From positions 1-64,000 of IMG/VR virus record IMGVR_UViG_3300046820_002137: a stretch of 64,000 nucleotides of DNA; one strand, written 5' to 3'. Shown piece by piece: positions 17,205 through 24,348 of this stretch (position 1 is the stretch's first letter; every line of letters begins with the position of its first letter). A program made the translations under genes and the position numbers. This stretch comes from a virus. Under the pieces are notes generated by a model, which saw only the letters and a program-made list of their open reading frames with translations, was not told the DNA's origin and searched no databases.

Positions 17205-17672
17205 TTATTTATTCATATTTTTATCTAAATTTTTATAGACTGAACTTATCATATCTAAATCTGACTTAGTGAATGGTGTTTTTAGGTCAAAAAGGTCAAT
17301 AAAGAATTCAGTTACCGAATCTCTTACCTTTTTATTTTCTTGTTTGTAGAATATTTCTTCAAAAAAAGAAAAAAAATAATCAAAGTGTTCTCCTTTTTTA
17401 TTGAACTTTATTTTTTCTTTTTGAAAATTGTCAACCACTTTATTCCAACACCAAACAAAGTGGTTCACTTTATCCTCCTCAGACATGTTAACTTTTGTTT
17501 CACTAGGTGAATCCGATTCTCCCAAGTAAGTCTCAATAATTAATTCATTTAGTGATTGACAAAAATCTGAAAATAGTTCCAATTTTTCAGGTACTATATT
17601 ATTACTCTTAAACCACAAATCAACTTCTTCAGGTTTAACCTGTTTTGTAACGTAATTAAAAAAATTATCCAT
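17205..17672 (-). CDS. Hypothetical protein
   Basis: 155 aa ORF; start codon lies inside an inverted repeat. Confidence 0.75.
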   Translation of the reverse strand: MDNFFNYVTKQVKPEEVDLWFKSNNIVPEKLELFSDFCQSLNELIIETYLGESDSPSETKVNMSEEDKVNHFVWCWNKVVDNFQKEKIKFNKKGEHFDYFFSFFEEIFYKQENKKVRDSVTEFFIDLFDLKTPFTKSDLDMISSVYKNLDKNMNK

Positions 17673-17691
17673 AAGAAATTCTTATGGATAA
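17665..17691 (-). promoter_or_regulatory. 13 bp inverted repeat covering the start codon of 17205..17672
   Basis: TTATCCATAAGAA-a-TTCTTATGGATAA. Confidence 0.6.
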
Positions 17692-17719
17692 AATATAGTT
17701 AAGATATTTTAGATGTATA

Positions 17720-19033
17720 TTATTGAGTCTTTTGATTGTAACCAATTAAATTTTTCATTCTTTCGAATTCTTCATTAATTTTTTGATTTTTCTTTTCATC
17801 GGTAGACTCTAGTTTCATCAAAATTTTGTTAGCCTTTTCACCGTCTTGTGTGTCTTGGACAATTGGTTGTGGTGACTTATTATAAGCCTTTCTTTTAACT
17901 TTAGCTAACATATTATCTTTTCTTATTTTGTTTCTTTTTTTGTTAACTTCAGATTTACCGGTATTTGCCCATTTAGGATTATTTCCGGTTCTTGAAGAAC
18001 CCTCAATATTATCATTAATCCAATCTTCATTAGGGTGAATCTCATCATAATCAATATTCTCTAAAGCGGCCGCAGTAAAGTTGTCAATATAATCTTTAAC
18101 CGCATCTGATGGTTGATAAGACTTTTTATCCATCTTAGCTAATTCTCCATTTCCTTTTGGAAATATTTCAGGATTCATGTCGTAATTACCTTTAGAGCCA
18201 TCTTTCAAATAATCCTTCATTTTTTTAACCACAGACTGTAAATATTCTTTATTTTCTTTACCTGATGCTGTGTGAGCCTTTTGATAAACATTAAGACCTT
18301 TAGTTTTACCCATTGATTTTAATTTCTTTTCTTCTTGTAAAACAATATTTTCAATGAACTCAATCATTTCACTCTCAGTCATTTGAATAGACTCTCTTAC
18401 ATTAAACTTTTTACCCCCAACTTCAAATGTTTCATCACCATCTTTTTTTGCTTTAGCTAAAGCACCTGTAAAAGCATTTCCTTCTTCAACTTCTTCATCG
18501 GTTTCTTTTTTCATACTTCTTAGTTTTTTGAAGTCAGCTCCTGTTATTTTACCTTTAGGTTCTGCAACATCTATTCTAGATTGTCTTCCATGTAACTTTT
18601 CACTCACTTCACCGCCCATAAATCTTGCTTCATGATATTTACAAGCGGCATCATTATATTCATCACTACTTGTATCACAGAATTTGTTAATCATACCAGC
18701 AGGGTCTGAGTTAAAATTCTCTTCCTCTGCAACGTAATCAAATTCATCAGTTTCATTCATAGAACCAGATGAACACTGTTCACAAATTCCTTCTCTCATT
18801 TCTCCACCGCATTGTTCACAAACAGTACCATCCTCTTCGTAGAATTCTTCATTCATTCGATATCCACATTCAGTACATTCCCCCTCCATTAATGAAGACG
18901 AACCACATTGTTCACAAACTGTGTTATCACTTTCGGTTAATTTTGTAACCAATTCATCCGCTCTTTCTTCGATAGTTTCGTTTATAATTTTTCTTACTAA
19001 CGAATCGATATACTTATTTAATGACTTTTTCAT
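17720..19033 (-). CDS. Glu-rich probable head-associated protein with CxxC zinc ribbons
   Basis: CEQC/CTEC pairs; many I/L-x-E motifs; DVAEPKGKITGADF EF-hand-like motif; TATTTAT upstream. Confidence 0.7.
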   Translation of the reverse strand: MKKSLNKYIDSLVRKIINETIEERADELVTKLTESDNTVCEQCGSSSLMEGECTECGYRMNEEFYEEDGTVCEQCGGEMREGICEQCSSGSMNETDEFDYVAEEENFNSDPAGMINKFCDTSSDEYNDAACKYHEARFMGGEVSEKLHGRQSRIDVAEPKGKITGADFKKLRSMKKETDEEVEEGNAFTGALAKAKKDGDETFEVGGKKFNVRESIQMTESEMIEFIENIVLQEEKKLKSMGKTKGLNVYQKAHTASGKENKEYLQSVVKKMKDYLKDGSKGNYDMNPEIFPKGNGELAKMDKKSYQPSDAVKDYIDNFTAAALENIDYDEIHPNEDWINDNIEGSSRTGNNPKWANTGKSEVNKKRNKIRKDNMLAKVKRKAYNKSPQPIVQDTQDGEKANKILMKLESTDEKKNQKINEEFERMKNLIGYNQKTQ

Positions 19034-19068
19034 GCGATTTTTTTATTAATAAATATCTAATTTTTACG

Positions 19069-20004
19069 TTATAGTTTATCTTTTATCAAATTATATTCAT
19101 ATTCTATAATGTTCTTAACAACCTGTTCACTAACATTATATTTTTTACTAACTTCTTTAATTACTCTATCAAGAGTTTTATTTTCAAATATATTTAAGGC
19201 CTTGATATCCCCTTGGTTACAATAAGGAAACTTTTTACATTTCTTTTTTACTTGTACAAACTTTCCTCCGGGTATCTGTGTTTTTTTGTATGACCTTCCT
19301 GAACCTCGTTCATGATTACCTTTCATATTAACATCCTCAAAACCTGGAGCGTCATATGCTCCAGCTGAAGATGCTCCTGTTGCCTCAGTTGCTTCAACTT
19401 TTTTAGGTGTCTCTTTAAAACTTTTCTTAACAAAATCACTATTAGGATTAAATCCTACGGGCCCTACAAAAGCACCAGCAGAACCTGAACCTGTCGATTC
19501 CTTACTTTCAATTTTTTCTAATTTGTCGTAATATTTTGGGTCTTCAAATAAATGGTCCATTGATATTTCTTTGGCTCTTTCTTTGTCATCCGTATGTTCC
19601 ATTTCAACTTTAATACCTTTGTTAAGTTGTTTTTTTAACATACTTTCAACTTCTGATTTTTTTCTACCACCCTTTGAATATTTACCGACTAAATCATTAA
19701 AGGTTTTTTTGTCGGCCTTTCCCCCTTTTAACTTTTCTTCGTTAGTCTCTTTCTTTTTTCTACCTTGGCAATGGGCCTTTTGACTAAATCCTTTTGGGTT
19801 ACTACAATCTATACTTTTCTTATATTTTTCAGACCATTTTTCTTCAATTTCTTCATTAGATTCTATCTTTTTAGTTAGATTATTAATCTCCTTAAACCCT
19901 TCTCCAGCATCTGTACTCATTATATTAGAGTTGGTCATTATTTTTTTAGAAATCTCGTCCTTCAGTTGGGTGAGCATATTTTCTTTTAGTCTATCTTTAC
20001 CCAT
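19069..20004 (-). CDS. DUF5661-like modular protein, probable head-associated
   Basis: GIKVEMEHT...AKEISMDHLFEDPKYYDKL motif; WSEKYKKSIDCSNPKGFSQKAHC module. Confidence 0.7.
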   Translation of the reverse strand: MGKDRLKENMLTQLKDEISKKIMTNSNIMSTDAGEGFKEINNLTKKIESNEEIEEKWSEKYKKSIDCSNPKGFSQKAHCQGRKKKETNEEKLKGGKADKKTFNDLVGKYSKGGRKKSEVESMLKKQLNKGIKVEMEHTDDKERAKEISMDHLFEDPKYYDKLEKIESKESTGSGSAGAFVGPVGFNPNSDFVKKSFKETPKKVEATEATGASSAGAYDAPGFEDVNMKGNHERGSGRSYKKTQIPGGKFVQVKKKCKKFPYCNQGDIKALNIFENKTLDRVIKEVSKKYNVSEQVVKNIIEYEYNLIKDKL

Positions 20005-20005
20005 T

Positions 20006-20410
20006 TTAAATAACTAATAATAGTAGTACAAGGAATACACCTCCTGCGATAGTACCTCGTTTATACCACTTGAATTGTTTATTCTTAGAATCCAATTGAC
20101 TTTGTAGTTTAGTATTTGCTTTACCGTACTCAACAATTTGTCCATCTTTTTCTTTTATTATGAACTGATACGTTGAATCTTTTTTCTCCAAATAAGTTAT
20201 CATGGTATCTTTCAAAGATTCCCTTTCTTCTAACTTTCCTATTTTGATGTAGGCTTGAGTTAGTTCATCTTTACAACCATCATATTTAATTAAATCCTTA
20301 ATAATCAGTCTAGCTGTCTGAGTACTAATTTCTAGTTGAGTTGTATCTTTTTGAGAAAAACTTTTTAAGCTCAGAATGAGTATACTTATCAACATTAATA
20401 ACCTTACCAT
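20006..20410 (-). CDS. Exported coiled-coil protein with C-terminal anchor; candidate spanin component
   Basis: Signal peptide ending SFS-Q, coiled coil, C-terminal hydrophobic helix; overlaps the upstream gene by 86 nt. Confidence 0.55.
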   Translation of the reverse strand: MVRLLMLISILILSLKSFSQKDTTQLEISTQTARLIIKDLIKYDGCKDELTQAYIKIGKLEERESLKDTMITYLEKKDSTYQFIIKEKDGQIVEYGKANTKLQSQLDSKNKQFKWYKRGTIAGGVFLVLLLLVI

Positions 20411-20672
20411 TTGTTTGAAGTTTAATATCGTTTATAGTTTGGTCTACCGCCAAAATTTCGTTAGTTACATTATTTATGTCCGCATCTAATTTCAATAGTT
20501 TCTCATCAATCATAGAATTAACCGCAGTTGCGGAATCGATGGATATTTGTAAACTATCTATTTTATCATAGTGTGATTGAACATCAGTTTTAATCCCATT
20601 GGTCAGGAAAACTGAGTACCCTACCATTATCACTATGACAAATAACAATACCGTTTTTAAAATTTCGTTCAT
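20325..20672 (-). CDS. N-terminally anchored coiled-coil protein; candidate inner-membrane spanin
   Basis: N-terminal TM helix then heptad repeats; in lysis-like cluster. Confidence 0.55.
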   Translation of the reverse strand: MNEILKTVLLFVIVIMVGYSVFLTNGIKTDVQSHYDKIDSLQISIDSATAVNSMIDEKLLKLDADINNVTNEILAVDQTINDIKLQTNGKVINVDKYTHSELKKFFSKRYNSTRN

Positions 20673-21277
20673 TTTTCTACCTTATTTGTTTTTTTACGTG
20701 AAGCCAAAACTTTAGCCCATTTTGACTTAAACTTATCATAATAAGTTTTTAACTTATTAATCATTTCTACAAAATTTTCATCAGCCTTAATCATATCACC
20801 GTTGATGTACATTCCTCCATCCTCACCAATAGAAAAGAAAAATTCAATATCAAAATCGATAATTTTTCCTGACCATTCAACATTATTTGGATATACATTT
20901 AGTTTATTGAAGTCAACTAAATCTGATACCTCGTTAACAAACTCATCCATTGTTTCTTGGAATGCAATTTTATCATCGGTTGTCAATTCCAAATCTGAAG
21001 AATCTTTACCGTGTAGGACCATAATACCACCTGAGATTCTATATCCCTGACTTTTATCTCTATCGGGTTCAGTATCATCTTCGATTTTATCCTCAACAGA
21101 TTTAGCAATATTCATTTTTTTGGTTATATTGTCTGAAGCCAAATCGGAACCTTGTTCTGTTATGATACCATATCTATTCTTAATTTCACTTATCTGTTCA
21201 TTAATAGTATTATTCGAGAGCATATTTCTCGAAGCCTTTAACAACTTCTTAATTTCATCATGTGAATTGTTCATCAT
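20669..21277 (-). CDS. Hypothetical protein, probable virion protein
   Basis: 202 aa; TINEQ and IITEQ motifs in N-terminal region. Confidence 0.7.
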   Translation of the reverse strand: MMNNSHDEIKKLLKASRNMLSNNTINEQISEIKNRYGIITEQGSDLASDNITKKMNIAKSVEDKIEDDTEPDRDKSQGYRISGGIMVLHGKDSSDLELTTDDKIAFQETMDEFVNEVSDLVDFNKLNVYPNNVEWSGKIIDFDIEFFFSIGEDGGMYINGDMIKADENFVEMINKLKTYYDKFKSKWAKVLASRKKTNKVEK

Positions 21278-21863
21278 TCAAATATTTTAAAAATGTTTCG
21301 AAATTAAAGGCCGGACTCAAATCAGTATATATACTATCAAAGTTACTTTTTGAGGTTATACCTTTAAACTTCTCAACTCCATTTATACGTGTGTTATGTT
21401 CAACAACCTCACTTGGTATACCTGTCTCATCTAAAATTTTCTTACACAATTTAGCCGTGTATTCTATTTGTGTTTCGGTATAAGGTTGCCAAAAAAAATA
21501 GTCTCTCCATTTTTTTTCATAAGCATCACCCTTATAAATATCTCCAATCCAGTTAACATATTGATTATTTAACGGTTCTTTTTCTAACCATCCCAAATTT
21601 TCCAATGAAATAATTATGGAATTTCTGTTTATGTTTTCTTCTGAAAATATTTTAGAGTGAGATTCGTTTTCTAAAAGTTGTAATATCTTTCCATCTCGAC
21701 TAATAACATAGTTAGGTATTTTTTTATACCCACCGTTAAATCTATACTTCAAACTAAGGAGATATTCCTCAATATTTCTTGAGGTGTGTTGTAATATAAT
21801 TTGTTGTTTTTTCTTCTGTTTACCTGTCGGCTTGAAATCACCGTACTTGACAACATCCATCAT
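21258..21863 (-). CDS. N-acetylmuramoyl-L-alanine amidase (Amidase_2)-like protein with degenerate active site
   Basis: IILQHT, NYVISRDGKI, NRNSIIISLEN, YTETQI, TDLSPAF. Confidence 0.8.
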   Translation of the reverse strand: MMDVVKYGDFKPTGKQKKKQQIILQHTSRNIEEYLLSLKYRFNGGYKKIPNYVISRDGKILQLLENESHSKIFSEENINRNSIIISLENLGWLEKEPLNNQYVNWIGDIYKGDAYEKKWRDYFFWQPYTETQIEYTAKLCKKILDETGIPSEVVEHNTRINGVEKFKGITSKSNFDSIYTDLSPAFNFETFLKYLNDEQFT

Positions 21864-21883
21864 AATATATCACAATTTGTGAT

Positions 21884-22606
21884 TTATTTTCTATAGGTTA
21901 ATCTTTTTACCTGAGAATCAGTTTCAGTAGGTTCTTCTATAATTTCTTCTGTTTTGGTTTCTACTGGAACTTCCACTATTTTTTCAACCTCAATTATTTT
22001 TTCTACAATAACTTCTTTTTCAATTGGGACCTCTACAATCTTTTCAACGGGAACTTCAACAATTTTTTCCACTATAACCTCTTTTTCAACCGGTATTTGG
22101 ACAATTTTTTCCACTATAACCTCATTTTCTGTCACTTTTTTTCCACTATCGTACTTTGTAAAGAAGTGTAAAGATGTTAACGATATAATAGGAAGTAACC
22201 CCCCTTCTAAAAAAGCTAACCATCTTTTCAGTGAAATAACATCATTTACATCAGAGCCAAGTGATTCCCAAAGTGGTGAAGTCAATTCTACCCATGATTT
22301 GAATAGTTCACTGTTTGCATCGATTTCTTTATATGAGTAAAATATATTACCAATCATTTGTATTAAGGTAACCAACCCAAACATAAACCAAACTCCTCCC
22401 TTGATTTTATTGGTTGCCGCGACAAGAGCTGTCATCGCACCTACCTCAATTGCGATTGAAAGATAAATCGCCCAATTAATCGGGTTGGCTATATCATACC
22501 ATGAAACTACGTGGGAGATTGATATTCCCGCAACCAATATAATTGGTACTAGGAACATTGTTCTATTTGGATTATCCTTAATCCATTGTATAGACTTATT
22601 TATCAT
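21884..22606 (-). CDS. Multi-TM membrane protein with VEKIVEVP repeats; possible holin-associated
   Basis: Four hydrophobic segments then tandem V-E-K-I-V-E-V-P repeats. Confidence 0.65.
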   Translation of the reverse strand: MINKSIQWIKDNPNRTMFLVPIILVAGISISHVVSWYDIANPINWAIYLSIAIEVGAMTALVAATNKIKGGVWFMFGLVTLIQMIGNIFYSYKEIDANSELFKSWVELTSPLWESLGSDVNDVISLKRWLAFLEGGLLPIISLTSLHFFTKYDSGKKVTENEVIVEKIVQIPVEKEVIVEKIVEVPVEKIVEVPIEKEVIVEKIIEVEKIVEVPVETKTEEIIEEPTETDSQVKRLTYRK

Positions 22607-22899
22607 TACTGGGCTCTTAAACTGTCGATTATCTCTCCAATTTTACCCTGTCTATTAACGTCCATAATATCTCTGTCGGTTGATTGAATCATTCTTCTTT
22701 CGGTTTCAAGTCCTTCGATTCTGATTTCTTTTCTCAACTCAATGGCCAAAGAATCTATTTTTGCGTTGTTTAATTGTACTTGTGTTTTAACTTTATCTAC
22801 TCGAGAGTTAGTAGAACAAGTTTTCATAAAAATAATAAGAACTAATAGGGTCATTAATCTAACACCCCATACGTCCAAAATGTTTAAAAAATTTTTCAT
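22606..22899 (-). CDS. Membrane-anchored coiled-coil protein, possible lipoprotein
   Basis: Hydrophobic stretch followed by KTC. Confidence 0.6.
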   Translation of the reverse strand: MKNFLNILDVWGVRLMTLLVLIIFMKTCSTNSRVDKVKTQVQLNNAKIDSLAIELRKEIRIEGLETERRMIQSTDRDIMDVNRQGKIGEIIDSLRAQ

Positions 22900-22923
22900 A
22901 TCAAATTAGTTTTTAAATAAAAT

Positions 22924-22959
22924 AAAAAACCTTCTACCATAATAAATAGAAGGTTTTTT
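22924..22959. terminator. Terminator hairpin after the sigma gene, with TATTTAT motif overlapping its loop
   Basis: AAAAAACCTTCTA-N10-TAGAAGGTTTTTT. Confidence 0.7.
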
Positions 22960-22964
22960 GTTTT

Positions 22965-23765
22965 TTACATGTAGTCGAACAAAACCGAACTCTCATTCCT
23001 TAGTTTTCTTAGTGCCTTTTCTTTAATTTGTCGTACTCTCTCTTTAGTCAAATTAAAGTCAGAACCAATATCCTCAAGAGTTCTTGGAGTTCCCGATAGC
23101 CCGAAATAATCCAATATGATTATTCTTTCCCGTTCATCCAATACATTTAATAATCCTATCAACTCAGTTTTAAGAACATCTTTGTTATTAAACACCGCGT
23201 CAGGCATATCTGCGTCCTCATTCTTAATCACATCTACCAAAGTATCACCTTCCTCATTGATATTCATATCCAAATCAATAATTGATGGTAACATTTCAAA
23301 TCGGTCATCCAATTTACCACCCTTAGATTCAACTTCTTTCTTTGCTCGTTGGAGGTCCTGAACCACATTTACAGGGAGTCGGATAGTACGAGCGTTATCG
23401 TTAAGAGATTGTAGAATAGATTGTTTAACCCACCAAACCGCATAAGATATAAATCTCAAGTTTTTACTCCAATCGAAGTTTTGGATGGCCTTCAGTAGAC
23501 CTAAGTTACCCTCAGCAATCAAATCAGGAAAATCCAAACCTTGATTTTGATATTGTTTTGCTACAGTGATAACAAACCTTAGATTTCCTTCCAAAATTTC
23601 TTGATTAATCTCATCACGTTGTTGTTTGGTTAGGTTTTCAGATTGAATCATCTTAGCCAACTCACGTTCCCTTTCGGGTGTCATAACCTTAATTTTACGA
23701 ATATCCTTAAGATAATGTTGGATTTCTTCTTGATTAATCGGAATACCGGTGTTTTTTTCTTTCAT
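22965..23765 (-). CDS. RNA polymerase sigma-70 factor (RpoD/SigA-like, Bacteroidota type)
   Basis: YLKDI (1.2), NLRFVITVAKQYQNQGL, DLIAEGNLGL, FISYAVWW, RTIRLP, TLEDIG...TKERVRQIKEKALRKLR (4.2); no region 1.1. Confidence 0.95.
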   Translation of the reverse strand: MKEKNTGIPINQEEIQHYLKDIRKIKVMTPERERELAKMIQSENLTKQQRDEINQEILEGNLRFVITVAKQYQNQGLDFPDLIAEGNLGLLKAIQNFDWSKNLRFISYAVWWVKQSILQSLNDNARTIRLPVNVVQDLQRAKKEVESKGGKLDDRFEMLPSIIDLDMNINEEGDTLVDVIKNEDADMPDAVFNNKDVLKTELIGLLNVLDERERIIILDYFGLSGTPRTLEDIGSDFNLTKERVRQIKEKALRKLRNESSVLFDYM

Positions 23766-23766
23766 A

Positions 23767-24321
23767 TTATATGTTTGAGTATTTTTCTAAAAGTTGTTTG
23801 TCTTCTTCTGTCAGCGAATTTAAGCCATTTTCATTAATCTGGTCCAAAATTTCATCAAGAGTTTTGATTGGTTTTTTCTTTTTTAATCTTGGCAGTATCT
23901 CAATATCAATCTCATCATCATAATCATCGATACCCTCCTTCAAATTCTCCAAAGCCTCATCTAATCTTGAGAAAAAAGTTTGTGGTTCAACCAAATCCAT
24001 GTCATCGGAATTGGGCATTTCCTCATCTAAATCCTTTCCAAACAGATGTTCAAGGGTTGCTTCGTCAATTCTCGCATTAATTTCGAAATCACTATATGGT
24101 AACAAAAAGTATGAAACATTAATGTTTTTCAATATTTCTGTAACTTTTTTAGAAACCTCGTCAAATGGAGTTTCGCTTTTGAATGTATAGACACATGATG
24201 TATCCCCATAAAAAAACTTAATGTAGTCAACATTTATGTTTAAAATGATATTATCACATACAAGATTAACAAATTTATCTTGATTATCCGTTTCTCCAAA
24301 TATAAAAATAATGTACTTCAT
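23767..24321 (-). CDS. Hypothetical protein with DUF6576-like C-terminus
   Basis: LDEILDQINENGLNSLTEEDKQLL; TTTG-N18-TATTTTTG upstream (24334-24363). Confidence 0.7.
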   Translation of the reverse strand: MKYIIFIFGETDNQDKFVNLVCDNIILNINVDYIKFFYGDTSCVYTFKSETPFDEVSKKVTEILKNINVSYFLLPYSDFEINARIDEATLEHLFGKDLDEEMPNSDDMDLVEPQTFFSRLDEALENLKEGIDDYDDEIDIEILPRLKKKKPIKTLDEILDQINENGLNSLTEEDKQLLEKYSNI

Positions 24322-24348
24322 ATAATTTTTTTACAAAAATAAACAAAA

